From a virus (lineage: Duplodnaviria; Caudoviricetes): DNA of 64,000 nucleotides. Position 1 is the stretch's first letter, and each line of letters begins with the position of its first letter. Both the position numbers and the translations under genes were made by a program. The stretch lies in the IMG/VR virus record IMGVR_UViG_3300044611_001018; one strand, 5' to 3'. A model generated the notes under the pieces. It worked only from the letters and a program-made list of their open reading frames with translations. It was not told where the DNA came from and searched no databases. This document shows positions 44,814 to 57,000 of the stretch, piece after piece.

Positions 44814-47800
44814 TTATGCAAGTGCAATTACTCTTAAATCTTTAATTCTTGGAGGATATGCTTGATTTGTTGAAGAACCAATTATTTTAATACTAAAGTA
44901 TCTAAATTCTGGTAATCCATCAATACTAAATTCATAATCTCTAAATACCAAGTTTGCAGAATCTGCAGATAAAATGTCAGTTTTTGGTACATTTTTATCT
45001 GGTTTACCACTATTTTGACCCACATTAATAATATTTCCATTAGTATCTAAATTATCATATCCAGGGAATGGATAATAAATTGGTTCAACAGATGGATCAT
45101 TACTAATTGAATAGAGTACTCTTACATCATTATATGTGTTAACATATGCAGCAAATATAACTTTTATTGAAGTAGCTGCATTTTCCAATTCAACTGGTTT
45201 ATTTGCATATATGAATGCTGATGGATCTTCTGTAATAGAGGAAACTCTAGGGTCATTTATATAATCTGTTATTTGACTATCAATTCTATTTGATATAAGA
45301 ACCATACCAATTCTATCAAGGTCAATAACAGGAGAGATTTTTGGATTTGAAGTTGATAATGTAAATGTTAACTCCATTGACTTATTTCCTGGGAAATTAG
45401 TTGTTTGAGTTAATTCATTGACTCTAGATGCAATTATTCTTGGTTCTGGTAAATATGTATCCTCACTTAAATTAATTGGAGTTGCCTCTGTTTCGACAAA
45501 TGAGATTTCATTACCATCAACACTTGTACCAGTAATTCCTTTTAAAGTTGCCTTAACTGATGTTCCAGGTAAAACCATAGTTTGAACTATTGGATTTACA
45601 GTTTCATATTGTATATTTTGTGTTGCTTGAATAGCATCTCCACCACTAGACTTCGATGAATTAATATAAAGTTTAGGGAAGGAAGACCCAGAACTTCTAT
45701 CTATTCCATTTTCACTTGTGTTAATTCTAATATAATAACTATCAAGGTCTACTGGTCTTTCAACTAAAGCATCTTGTAAATAATGGAGTTTATTGATTCT
45801 TCTTAATGAAATGCCATTGTTTTCATATTTTTGAATACTAGTTCTGTTTGGATAACTGAATGCTCCAGTTCCCTCAACAGATCTTGTAATACCAATTAAT
45901 TGACCATTTGCAACACCAGTATATGAAATAATTTCATTATCCAAAAGTGCATATCCTGGATTTGTGGCACCAATTGATACATTTTCAAATACTTCAAATC
46001 CAGTAGTATTTGCAATACTAATCGGACCAGAGTCGGAATTATTATAATCAGCAGTTAATACTGTTGGTTTAGAATCTCCTTTAACGCCACTAATTCTAAC
46101 AACGTTTGTTGTAGAGTGCATAGCATGATTCTTATGATTTATTTTAATATGTAAACCATCTTCAGAAAGAGATGCTAATTCAAAATCGTTTATAACAGAG
46201 TTTGACCCAGTAGCATTTAATATTGTAGTTATTCCTGTGGTAGGACTTATATATTGTAATGGTTTAGAAGCATTAATTTCAAATTCTCCCTGAACATTAT
46301 CGAGTATTAATTGATTTGCTCCAACAACATTTGATAAAGATAATTGAAGATTTCTACCTAAAGAATCATTTCCAATTGAAGGAACTGTCAACACGTCTCC
46401 AATTTGATATCCATATCCACCATCTCGTATTGTTGCTGCAAGAGCAACTCCATTTACTCCACTTGCCTGTCCAATGGTAATATCTGCAGTAGCATTTTTA
46501 CCATTTCCACTAAAAGAACTTAGTGGTACATTATTAAATGTGAATGATGTACCATTCGATGGAGTATAACCAATACCAGCATTAATAATAACTAATGAAC
46601 CAGTTGCAGATCCTCCTACACCAACATAATCACCTCTAGCAGTAGTATTTTGTTGAATAATAGTATTTCCAAGAACTAATGGAGATGTGTTGATAATATT
46701 ATTTGTGCTAATAATAAGTTTTTTAGCATCAAATTCCAAAGCGTCCTTAACTAAGGTTGCAATTTGCTTATTACCAGTATTTAATTCTGGATTATAGAAT
46801 GATACTGTTCCTGATTCTTCTATAAACGATGCTGAATAAAGATTAAACTTTAAATCTTCATATTGGCTTGGTGTCCATGATGATCCATTTTGAGATTTAA
46901 ATAATGACCCCAAATATGGTTGAGCAGAAACAATAACTTGTCTAGATTCTGGTTGAAGTAATGTAGAAATATCAGTCTCTCCCATTCTTGAAATCCAAAC
47001 TGTGTATTCGTTTGAATTTGACAGCAATACGACAGCATGATCTGTATTTGTATGCAGATATACTGGTGATGGGAAATTAACCCTAGTTGGTCTAGTAGCG
47101 TCAAATGTTTCAATAACATCATCAGATTCTACAACTGCTTCTCCAAAAGGATATATTTGGTCAGAAGGAACTCCATTAACCATAGGACGCAACTGAACAG
47201 TTACTGGCAGTAATGGGTCTTTAGTTCTGAAATAAAGATCTACTCCCGTAATGAATGCTCCAGCCTCATCATTAACTGTAAATGATTGTGCAAGAGGATC
47301 TTTTCCACCCCTTGGTCTTGGGGGATCGGGTGGATTTCTTGGCGGTGGTGGTGGCGGTGGTGGTGGCGGCGGTGGTGGCGGCGTGGGTGGTCTAGGTGTA
47401 ACTGGAGTTCCTGGGAAACTAACTTGAGGTGTTGGTGGTGGTGGAGATGGAGATGGTGGTGGTGGTGGAGGTGGTGGTGGAAGCGGCGTAATACTTTGGG
47501 TAGTAGAGTTACTAACTGTAGTTGTTGATTGAACATCAGTAGCGGGTCTACTTTCGCTTGAAGCAACGACATCAAATCTTGGTTTTCTTGTAGATCTTAT
47601 CGTTTCTTGCATATTATTAATTGTTCCAGAAGCAAAATATGCCTCTTGTCCAGAAGTTGATGTTAAACCACCTAAAGAACTATTTGAAGACTGTGATGTT
47701 AATCTAAAGATTTTTGTTCCAACTTCAAAAGATGGATTTGAAGGTAGATTGGGATCTGGTATAAAGAATGAACCAAGAACGGTTCCTACATTATCACTAA

Positions 47801-50800
47801 ACAATCTAACAGAAATAACTTCTGCTTCAGCTGAAGCACTTCTCAACCTCATTCCAGTGCGAATAAATCCACTATATAATGATTGATTATTTTCTGCCAA
47901 AGTTCTTGTATCGACATTTAACAAAATACTAGAACTCGAATAATTTGCAGGAATAGTATAACTTTCATCATATGGACTTGTAACAAAAATATCAGTAGGA
48001 TTTGATATTGGACCATATTTATGATTAGAGTTTGCAACTCTAAATCTTATAGATGGTGTAGAACCTGTTGTTGCTGTTGTAGAACCAGTTGTCATGGTTC
48101 CAGTAACTAATTCGCCTACAGTAAATGAACCACTAAGCATTCTAATTTCAATTAGTTTTGGAATAATAAAATTGTTTACATCTTCACCATCAAAAAATCC
48201 ATAGAGTCTTGTATATGGTCTAAATTTCCTACCAGTGAATTCAATATTTCTAGACCTCATAAATGGAATTGTTGAGGTACTTACAACTCTATCCCCTTCA
48301 TTTGTAGTTTGTACTTGCTCAGAAACTCTAAGTTGACTTCCAGATCTATTTTCTGTGCCCGTTCTTGTTGTAGTAACAACTGTTGTAGTTTGTAATTGAT
48401 TTGTAGTTACTAAAGCACTACCAGTATTTTGTGTACTAGAACCAGTTACAACAGTATTGCTAGTTGTCGATGTACTAGATCCTGTCCAAGTAGATTGCCA
48501 TGCTCCCCATCTAATAGGACCTAAACCAGTTTGTTGATCATATCCAGCATACTCTAATTGTAATCTGGTTTGTGTATAATCATCAACATCTATCCTAAGT
48601 GATTGTAGTCTAACCTGGTCTACCCAAATATCAGAAGATGGGAATAATTGAATATTTCCAGTATATGTTACAACCAGGTATGGAGTAACATTTTCAACTC
48701 TTGTTGCAAAAGGTTGTGCAAATTGTAAAAATTCGCCATAATCTAGGGTAATAAGTTGACCTGTTCTCCTGATATTTGAACCAATAATATCAGTTACAAA
48801 AGCAGGATCTGCTGTTGGACTTGCTGTTGTTCCTATACCAAGAAGAGATTTTGAACCAACTAAAAGATCTATAGATGTTGTAAAGTGAGATGGTCTCAAT
48901 TCAAGATTTATAGGATCGATACTATTGGTAACTTTACCAATTTTAAGTTGAGATTTAGTTCCACTAAAATTATCTACATAAATTCCAGATTTAAATCTTG
49001 TCAGACCACTTTCATCAGGAATGAATAAAGATTCTGTTTTGGATTCTAAAATTGATAACGCTGTATAATATTCTAAATTTTTAATTCTATCTTCAAGTAA
49101 AGAGATATCTTGCATTCTATATCTCTTATGGGCATTTAATGATACTTGCACATTTTCTGTGCTACAAATATAAGGTGGCAGATTTATTGTAGCAACTTCA
49201 AGAGAGTCTTCTAAAGCAATTGGAGGTAAAGGAGTTTCGGAAGGAACTCCTTTAATCAATTGAAATCCACCATCAATCTTCAAGAACAGTTTATCAATTC
49301 TTGGCAAATAGTGTGAATATGTAAGGATGATTGATTCATCCGAAGCTAAAATATTTTTAGATGAATTAGTTGCATCTTCAAATGCTCTAGAGGAAAATTC
49401 AAATGGAGAATAACTAGTTGAACTTGAATTAAATTTACGAACTCTTGGACGTATATCAAGTACATCAGTTAATCTTTCATTATTTTTAATTAATGGCAAA
49501 TCACAATAATTAAATTGGTTATAAGAAGAAACTGTTGTAATATCTCCTTCTGTAGAATCACTATAAGTTGCAGACTCATATATAACTCTTAACTTTCTTC
49601 TTGGTTCTTTAGTATTTGGTTTTCTTACCAACCTAGAATAATCACAAATAGTTTCTCTTTGACCAGAATCCAAAGTAAACCTATCAATAATATTTTCATC
49701 CCCAGGATCAAAATCATTTATAGAACCAGAAATTCCACTAGTCTCAGACCTAATTACCTCACCAATTTCAAATCTAAGGTCATTTAGATATACTAATCCT
49801 ATGGTAGAAGTTCCAACTTTTTCAACATAAAGTGCTACAGCACCACTTGTAGTTCCTATTAATTCTTCGCCAACAATAAAGTCATCAACCTTTCCAGTTG
49901 GACCATCAAGATTAAATAAACTTATAGAGGGTAGAGTGGGATTATTTGTATCATTTGCCTCATAAACAGCATACACTTTAGTTACATCTGGTTCAAGTAA
50001 ACAAATTTCTTTATCTTGAACTCGTAAACCATACCCAAAACTACCATATTCTAATCCATCATCTAAAGTAGTTGAACCAATTCCAGATGCAGAAAGTATA
50101 GACTTATTAACAATAACTGAACCAGTTCTGTTTAAAGATTTTACCTTATTAGTTACATTTATTTTACTAAGTGTTGCGATTAATCTTGCAGAACCAGAAA
50201 CATTCAAACCAAATATTCTTAATTCTTTTCCACCATTACTAAATCTAAATTTATCTTCAGTTAGTTCCTCAAATCCACCAGTAGAATTTATTAAAACATA
50301 TCTTTCTTCATCAAATGGTAAAAAGGTTTCATTTGACCCTGCTTGAATTGTATTAGTTGCATTTGCAGTAATAATAACATTAAATTCTTTTCTAATTGAT
50401 AATGTAGATTTTGTTAGATCGACATTAGCAATGAATTTTTTAGGTAATGGTGTATATAATGAATTGTCTATGGATGATCTTAAATTTGCTCCAATTAAAC
50501 TAAAATTATTGACTGATATTGAAGACGTTGGAAGTCCACCATCATTGATATTTGCAACTGTAGTTATCCCAGCAATAACAATAGAATTACTGCTATTAAT
50601 ACTGGAAATTCTGGCATATGTTTTTACATTTGTGCTTCCTAAAAGTGGATTGCTAAATGATACCAAATCCCCAACTTTAGCAATAGTTCTAAAATCAAAA
50701 TCAGAACTAGTTACAGTAGACACTCCTGGAGCAGTTCCAGATTTTGCAGAGATACTAACTCCACCAATTGAAAAAATATCAGATAATTTTGTATCTCCAT

Positions 50801-52469
50801 TAAATGTTTGCCCAGTTCCAACAGAACTATAAAGAGACTTAACATCAGATATTTTATACTCTACAGGAGAGGTAACTATTCTATTACTATCAATACCATT
50901 AAATATTAGTTTTTCCCCATTAATAAAAGATCCATTTGTACAATATGCAGTAACAATTCCTGTAGTTGTATTAAATTTTAAATGTCCTGTTGCTCCACTT
51001 GACTTTCCAACTATAAAAGTTGGAACATTCAATGTTATTGGTTCATTCAAAGTTAAATCAGTATATGTTTGGATATCATATAATGAGATGTCCCATTCAT
51101 TTAGGTCACCGACAACAGATGAATATGAACCAGACTCTAAAGCATAATCATAAACTCTGGCAACTCCTATTTCTTTTCCCGAAGCAGTTGTTGAAGTAAC
51201 ACCTATTCTAGAGTCCCTTAAACTAATTACTGATGATGTACTAAATCCAATTCTAGGAGCACCAATAACCCTATTTAAAGATAGTGTGGGACCAGTGTAA
51301 TAATTAACTGCTTGATCTTCTAAAGTTTTAGTTGTTCTTGTTTTCTCAAAATCCAAATAATGTATAGTTCTTGAATCTACTTCAAATCCCCGAATAAAAG
51401 CTTTTCCTGGAGATATTTTATATGTTCCTAACTCTTCTGCTGGAATATTATTATTGTACGTTAACTGACCTTTTAAAAATATGCCGTTATTGCCCTTTCT
51501 ATTATTTAAAGACTCTCTAGCAGTAATAGAAAATGGTTTTACATAAAAATTACCAGATTCATTGTAAGTTCTTCTTGCTAACTCTTGTGCTAACTCATTA
51601 TATTGAGATTTATCTTCAATATGTTGTATATTACCTTGTCTTAATACTAAGAGTTCAACAAAATTCTCATTTTTTTCAGATTCTAATGGTTTTTTTGTTA
51701 AAACTGCAGTTATTTTTAATCTATCTGCGCCAGGAGCTGCGAAATTATTAAATCCTTTAGCATTATCTGTAAGACTTGAATCTAATCCAGATGTTACAAT
51801 TTCTTCAAATATTTCTAAACCAACTCTGTAAGTTGGAAATTGACCATGTGCATCAAGAATTAATGTTTGTGGAAATACTTTTACAAATGTTCCTCTAAGA
51901 TAGTATACACCCTCAGATAAAAATACTGCAGAACCTATTGAAGTTGAATCAACTGCCGCAGTAATTCCAAATCCTTGTCCTGCCTGAAAATTTATAATCG
52001 AAGTTGAAAGATTTGATTCCAAAGATAAAACTTCATTATCATCAAAAACTTCTTTCCCATCTATACCAGTAGATACATAACTAACAAATAAAGTGTAGTA
52101 ACCTCTAGTAGAATATTCTGGACCAACAGTGGAAACAATTTTTGCTTTTACATTAGAAGATTGACCTCTAATGTAGACATTAACAAGGTTAATTGCATAA
52201 CTGGAAATTGGTATTCCAAGGTACTCCTTCTCAATTTCTACAGCAAAAAGTGTATTGTTATAATTAATTTGACCTGGAATTACTACAGATCCTTCCTTAA
52301 ACAAATGAGTTCCGACTTGCTCAATTTGATTTTGGAGAATTGATTGTAAAGAAGTTAATTCCCTAGATTGAACTGGCAATCCTGGTTTAAAAAGTACTTT
52401 ATAATATCCTTTGTTTGGATCAAAGTCATCAAAATATGGAGATACATTTAAATTAGTTTCTTGTGGCAT
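44814..52469 (-). CDS. Large virion structural protein (DUF4815/VrlC-like), 2551 aa
   Basis: NLNVSPYFDDFD, KVLFKPGLPVQSRELT, APGADRLKI, YLPRIDK, RFKSGIYVDNF, DPLAQSF, PPRIKDLRVIALA; position after gp8. Confidence 0.85.
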   Translation of the reverse strand: MPQETNLNVSPYFDDFDPNKGYYKVLFKPGLPVQSRELTSLQSILQNQIEQVGTHLFKEGSVVIPGQINYNNTLFAVEIEKEYLGIPISSYAINLVNVYIRGQSSNVKAKIVSTVGPEYSTRGYYTLFVSYVSTGIDGKEVFDDNEVLSLESNLSTSIINFQAGQGFGITAAVDSTSIGSAVFLSEGVYYLRGTFVKVFPQTLILDAHGQFPTYRVGLEIFEEIVTSGLDSSLTDNAKGFNNFAAPGADRLKITAVLTKKPLESEKNENFVELLVLRQGNIQHIEDKSQYNELAQELARRTYNESGNFYVKPFSITARESLNNRKGNNGIFLKGQLTYNNNIPAEELGTYKISPGKAFIRGFEVDSRTIHYLDFEKTRTTKTLEDQAVNYYTGPTLSLNRVIGAPRIGFSTSSVISLRDSRIGVTSTTASGKEIGVARVYDYALESGSYSSVVGDLNEWDISLYDIQTYTDLTLNEPITLNVPTFIVGKSSGATGHLKFNTTTGIVTAYCTNGSFINGEKLIFNGIDSNRIVTSPVEYKISDVKSLYSSVGTGQTFNGDTKLSDIFSIGGVSISAKSGTAPGVSTVTSSDFDFRTIAKVGDLVSFSNPLLGSTNVKTYARISSINSSNSIVIAGITTVANINDGGLPTSSISVNNFSLIGANLRSSIDNSLYTPLPKKFIANVDLTKSTLSIRKEFNVIITANATNTIQAGSNETFLPFDEERYVLINSTGGFEELTEDKFRFSNGGKELRIFGLNVSGSARLIATLSKINVTNKVKSLNRTGSVIVNKSILSASGIGSTTLDDGLEYGSFGYGLRVQDKEICLLEPDVTKVYAVYEANDTNNPTLPSISLFNLDGPTGKVDDFIVGEELIGTTSGAVALYVEKVGTSTIGLVYLNDLRFEIGEVIRSETSGISGSINDFDPGDENIIDRFTLDSGQRETICDYSRLVRKPNTKEPRRKLRVIYESATYSDSTEGDITTVSSYNQFNYCDLPLIKNNERLTDVLDIRPRVRKFNSSSTSYSPFEFSSRAFEDATNSSKNILASDESIILTYSHYLPRIDKLFLKIDGGFQLIKGVPSETPLPPIALEDSLEVATINLPPYICSTENVQVSLNAHKRYRMQDISLLEDRIKNLEYYTALSILESKTESLFIPDESGLTRFKSGIYVDNFSGTKSQLKIGKVTNSIDPINLELRPSHFTTSIDLLVGSKSLLGIGTTASPTADPAFVTDIIGSNIRRTGQLITLDYGEFLQFAQPFATRVENVTPYLVVTYTGNIQLFPSSDIWVDQVRLQSLRIDVDDYTQTRLQLEYAGYDQQTGLGPIRWGAWQSTWTGSSTSTTSNTVVTGSSTQNTGSALVTTNQLQTTTVVTTTRTGTENRSGSQLRVSEQVQTTNEGDRVVSTSTIPFMRSRNIEFTGRKFRPYTRLYGFFDGEDVNNFIIPKLIEIRMLSGSFTVGELVTGTMTTGSTTATTGSTPSIRFRVANSNHKYGPISNPTDIFVTSPYDESYTIPANYSSSSILLNVDTRTLAENNQSLYSGFIRTGMRLRSASAEAEVISVRLFSDNVGTVLGSFFIPDPNLPSNPSFEVGTKIFRLTSQSSNSSLGGLTSTSGQEAYFASGTINNMQETIRSTRKPRFDVVASSESRPATDVQSTTTVSNSTTQSITPLPPPPPPPPPSPSPPPPTPQVSFPGTPVTPRPPTPPPPPPPPPPPPPPRNPPDPPRPRGGKDPLAQSFTVNDEAGAFITGVDLYFRTKDPLLPVTVQLRPMVNGVPSDQIYPFGEAVVESDDVIETFDATRPTRVNFPSPVYLHTNTDHAVVLLSNSNEYTVWISRMGETDISTLLQPESRQVIVSAQPYLGSLFKSQNGSSWTPSQYEDLKFNLYSASFIEESGTVSFYNPELNTGNKQIATLVKDALEFDAKKLIISTNNIINTSPLVLGNTIIQQNTTARGDYVGVGGSATGSLVIINAGIGYTPSNGTSFTFNNVPLSSFSGNGKNATADITIGQASGVNGVALAATIRDGGYGYQIGDVLTVPSIGNDSLGRNLQLSLSNVVGANQLILDNVQGEFEINASKPLQYISPTTGITTILNATGSNSVINDFELASLSEDGLHIKINHKNHAMHSTTNVVRISGVKGDSKPTVLTADYNNSDSGPISIANTTGFEVFENVSIGATNPGYALLDNEIISYTGVANGQLIGITRSVEGTGAFSYPNRTSIQKYENNGISLRRINKLHYLQDALVERPVDLDSYYIRINTSENGIDRSSGSSFPKLYINSSKSSGGDAIQATQNIQYETVNPIVQTMVLPGTSVKATLKGITGTSVDGNEISFVETEATPINLSEDTYLPEPRIIASRVNELTQTTNFPGNKSMELTFTLSTSNPKISPVIDLDRIGMVLISNRIDSQITDYINDPRVSSITEDPSAFIYANKPVELENAATSIKVIFAAYVNTYNDVRVLYSISNDPSVEPIYYPFPGYDNLDTNGNIINVGQNSGKPDKNVPKTDILSADSANLVFRDYEFSIDGLPEFRYFSIKIIGSSTNQAYPPRIKDLRVIALA
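47310..47487 (-). repeat. Polyproline tract (CCA/CCG repeats) within the 2551-aa protein
   Basis: PLPPPPPPPPPSPSPPPPTP...PTPPPPPPPPPPPPPRNPPDPPRP. Confidence 0.95.
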
Positions 52470-52478
52470 GATTCTCTA

Positions 52479-54062
52479 TTAAAATTGCAAAATAACTTTG
52501 ATATCTTCTCTTTGATTCACAGACCTGGTAATGGATGGTCTATTATCAACATATAAAATGGTTCCAGAATATTTTTGAACTTCTGGTGATGCTATACCTT
52601 TGATAAAAGTTTGACCCAAGTAGTAGGTCTTATTATTTATCACAGTACTGATACCAGGATTACTATCAGTTCCAAATCCATCATCAATATAAAGATCTTT
52701 AGAACCTCCAACAATTCTTAAGGAACCTCCAGCAGTAATAGTTGGCGTAAAACCATTAAGTTTATAACCATAAGTTGGATTTAATTTTTGAGTTCCATCT
52801 GTGTTAAATCCAACCAATGATCTATCTTGCCAATACTTCAATACTCCAGTTTGAGCATCATAAGATACCACTCTACCAATAGCTGTGGCACCTGTTCCGA
52901 CAGTTTGAGTAATATATGAATTTTGTATAAAAGTAGTCAACTTGTAATCATCAACATTTGGTGCAAGACCCTTTAATTTTATTGCATATAAAGAACTGAC
53001 CCTATCTTCAGTAATTACTGTAGAAGACTCAAAAGCTTGTGGATTTTCAACAATACCAATCCTTGCAATAGAAGTTCCTGTCACAAAGTCTGGATTTTGC
53101 TCATCATTTTCAATTCTTGAATAAATCAAGACATTTGTTGCACCCAACTCTTTATATACATCATACCCATGCCCACCAGGAGGCGGAATAATTACATCAA
53201 ACACTGGTGTAAGAGACCCAGTAGGAACGTTGCCTCCAATTAAATCAATGCTTGCGTAAGTATATCCACTTCCCCCATTGGAAATTGTTACTGATTCTAC
53301 TTTTGCGTCATTGTTAACTACAATTGTACATTCTGCACCATTACCATCACCTTTAATTGGAACTCTTGTGTACGTTGTATTTGGAGGACCAACCAAGTAT
53401 CCTCTATTTTTTATAGTAACAGTCTTTAATTGTCCACTTGTTTCTGCATTATTTCTAATCGTCACATAATCAGAATTAGTTTCCCAATCAACTGGTAGTG
53501 GAATAAAATTCAAGGAATCAAACTTAATAACATCACTTGGACTGATTGTATAAAGATACTTCCAAACATATCCATCACCACTGGTTCCAGCAGCTCTTGG
53601 TTCTAAATCCGTAAATTTTGGTTCATCGAGAGATGGTTTTCCATTGGGATTTTCTGGGTCAATTCCATTATTTAAACAAATATAAACTCTAAATTCACTA
53701 TTTACTACAAAATAATTTGAGGAATATAAACTTGTTTTATTTGATGGTTTAGATAAGTTATTTCTATTAACATCATGTCTGTACATATCATAAATTGTTG
53801 CTGAAGCCCATTGTATCTTTCTAACAACTGGTCTAATGTCATCGGCAGCAATTTTTTTCAAAGCAATCATAGTATCCCAATAAAAATTGGTATCATCAAA
53901 ACAATCTCTTGGAGATGGTGGAGTAGTATTCCAATTATCTTGTACTTCAGTTGCGTTGGGCAATCCAATAAAAGTATAATAGGAATTGCTAGGGTCTCTA
54001 ATTTTATCAATAAAACTTCTAGCGTTCTTAACTCTCAATAAATCAGTTATAATTGCTGCCAT
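52479..54062 (-). CDS. gp8: Baseplate wedge subunit
   Basis: MAAIITDLLRVKNA, YDMYRHD, YRVYICL-like FRVYICLNNG, DGYVWKYLYTI, REDIKVILQF; ATAAATA at 54091-54097. Confidence 0.93.
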   Translation of the reverse strand: MAAIITDLLRVKNARSFIDKIRDPSNSYYTFIGLPNATEVQDNWNTTPPSPRDCFDDTNFYWDTMIALKKIAADDIRPVVRKIQWASATIYDMYRHDVNRNNLSKPSNKTSLYSSNYFVVNSEFRVYICLNNGIDPENPNGKPSLDEPKFTDLEPRAAGTSGDGYVWKYLYTISPSDVIKFDSLNFIPLPVDWETNSDYVTIRNNAETSGQLKTVTIKNRGYLVGPPNTTYTRVPIKGDGNGAECTIVVNNDAKVESVTISNGGSGYTYASIDLIGGNVPTGSLTPVFDVIIPPPGGHGYDVYKELGATNVLIYSRIENDEQNPDFVTGTSIARIGIVENPQAFESSTVITEDRVSSLYAIKLKGLAPNVDDYKLTTFIQNSYITQTVGTGATAIGRVVSYDAQTGVLKYWQDRSLVGFNTDGTQKLNPTYGYKLNGFTPTITAGGSLRIVGGSKDLYIDDGFGTDSNPGISTVINNKTYYLGQTFIKGIASPEVQKYSGTILYVDNRPSITRSVNQREDIKVILQF

Positions 54063-54096
54063 TTTAGTAATTTAAACCTTCTATATCTTATATTTA

Positions 54097-57000
54097 TTAA
54101 CCAAGGTAACCCAAATATTTTAAAGAATTTTTTCTTCGTATAACTGGATTAGTGCCTATACCAGATTGCTTTGTACCATGCTGAGCTAAGAATTCAGCGG
54201 GACTTACTCTTACTGGCATATTTATTTTACCCCAAGTATATTTACCATAAAATGCTGTTGTTCCAAACCCAACTATATTACTTGGAGGATTGTTTAATAG
54301 TTTAACAACAACAGTTGTTACAGTAGTTGCAATTCCAACAGTTGAAGCTAAACCACTAATACCAGGTGGTATAACTGCTTGTTTTGTGTACCAATGTGTA
54401 CACTCAAAAGTCATATTAACAAACTGAGTAGAAATTCCTAGAATAGACCCATCACTTCTTAAAGATGTTTGTGGTGCTGTTCCAAAACCAGAATCAACGA
54501 CGTTGAATAGATATCCAGTAGTAATTCCAGTCTTTGATATATTTAAACTCTTTCTAATTCTAGAATCTAGAGGAATGAATAAATCAAGTTCTAATCCTAA
54601 ACATGTAGTAACTCCTGAGCATGATGTTGTTCCAACTCCAACAATAATTCCATAATCACCCTCATAATCAACTCTAATTACTTCTTCAACTGATCTTTTT
54701 GGTGGTGCAATTAAAACTGGGGGTGGTAAAATTGAAGATACGCTAAATTTCATTGGTGATCTTAATGCCCACTTTCTAGAAGTAGTTGCCAATCCAACAT
54801 TGTCAAACGTATCAACATATAAAATATCTCCTACAGCATAATTTGCACCACCATTAGTAATTGATATTGAGGCAATATTAAAGTTTAATACGCTAATCTG
54901 GATATCTGCAGTTGCTCCTCTACCAATACCACTTTGAGACTTTAATTTTGCATTATAGAAAGTGTTTTGTCCAACTTGCAATGGTGGGAATCCACTACCT
55001 TGCTGTGATATTGACAATGAACCTAAAGGACCATAATAATAATTCGTTCCACCTGTTCCTACAGTTATTGAAGTTATTGACCCCCCAGCACCAATAGTTG
55101 CAGATGCAGTTGCCTGGGTTCCAAACCCATATGGTCTCTGTACTGTTATCTCTGGAGCAATAGTATATCCATATCCAGGATTTGTTATTGTAATATTACT
55201 AATTGAACCACCAGCGCCGATTGTTGCAGTTGCAGTTGCAGTATCAAGATTTTCTTGATTAATTATTTCTATAATTGATCTTTCTTGAAGAGGAATACCC
55301 TCAAAAGAATCATCAAATAGTGGTCTAATATTATAGACAAAGACATATGTTGATCCAATTCCAACAGATTCAATTATATTTGTACTTGGATTAATTATTG
55401 GTTCATAATAAATGCGGTCTTTACCAACAAATTCATTGTCAATAATCTTATCAACAGTTTGTTTAAACCAGCTGATTGGTCTAGAGAATAATTCATTAAG
55501 AGTTACACCTTGACCACCATAGTTATTGGTAATAATTTTATCTGCTGATACTACATCCATTACCAATCTTTGTTCCTCTGTAAAGGTATCATCAGTATCA
55601 CTGTACAATTGAACATCATCACCAACTTTAACACTTGGCAACACATCAACTGTTTTAACGTCAATTGATTGAGTTCCAGTGTACATTAAAACTTTAGCTT
55701 TATCGCCAATAGTACTAAACCCAGCGACTGCACCCTTAGGTGCTTCAGTAAATCTTAAAGTACTTCCTCCATTAAATTGGTATCCTTCTCCTGGTGTTTG
55801 TAAGGTATCGTTTATAAAAACAAGTAAATTGGATTGTAAATTAATTCCAGAATTTGCTTTAGCAAAGAAAGATATACTTTCACCATTTATAGTTAATGGG
55901 AATAATCTTCTTCTTCCATTAAAATAAACTGAAATATCATCAAGAACAATAAACTCACCAACATTCCATCCAGAGAATTTACTTTGATATGTTCTATCAA
56001 TTGTAAGTTCAAAGTTTTTAAACGTCGAAATTCCTGTAGTTGGAATTCCAGTTGTTCCTCCAATAGCAACTGTTAATATCTCTCCAGAACCATACCCATA
56101 TCCAAAGTTATTGATCTCAAAATTTAAAATTGTACTATCTTGACTTGGGACCAAATCAACTGTTGCTCCTGTTCCAAATCCAACAACACCTTGTTTGTAA
56201 ATTAATGGTATATTGTAATAGTTTAAAGGATTGTCAAATATTACATCTAAGGGTTTTGTAACACTTCCACACTTTTTATAAAAATGAGTGTATGGGGATG
56301 TTCCTGAATTAATAATAAATGTATAATCATCAACAATTTTAACCACACCTGTTCCGTTTGCTGCAGGATCTTGACCAGTTGGAGAATTATTAATTTGTCT
56401 AGGAGCAATAATAATCTCTTCAACCGTTCCTCCAGAAACATATGTTAGTGGAGTAGATCCAACTCCAACATTAAGTTCAAATTGACTTATATTATTAATT
56501 CTTGTTACTTGAGTTCCACAATAATCTGTAGTGTTTATATTTGGGTGTGTAACTATTCCAAGAGAACCTGTAAATCCTAGTCCTGTTAAAATTATATCAG
56601 TTCCAACTTTTAACTTGTGTCCAAGAGTTAAAGTTCCACCACTCACATATGAATGTGGAATTGTAGATATTCCAGAATTAAAAGTAAATGTATAATAATC
56701 TGGTGCTGAAAGAACTTTAAAGGTATTTCCCAATGGAGATACTGTTAGGTCTCCAGGGAATATATCAGTGTTAATACCAACTTGAACTACACCACCAGAA
56801 ACATAGGTGTGTGGTATGGTAGATGCCCCAACATTAACAGTAAATGAAGTTGTTGTTCCTACTGTATTGACTGTGAAGAAATAACCTTGAGTTCCATCTG
56901 GGAATATTGTTGTGGTTACTCCTGAAGGACCTGTGCAGGAAAATTCCAATTCTCTCATTTTAAAATTATCACCTGGATTTAATCCATGATTTCCAACAAT

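Noticed and set aside
47240-47575. His-rich and Trp/Arg-rich alternative-frame ORFs, and a possible G-quadruplex on the + strand
   Set aside because: All follow from the CCA/CCG proline repeat; GGT repeats give only two-tetrad runs and need no separate explanation
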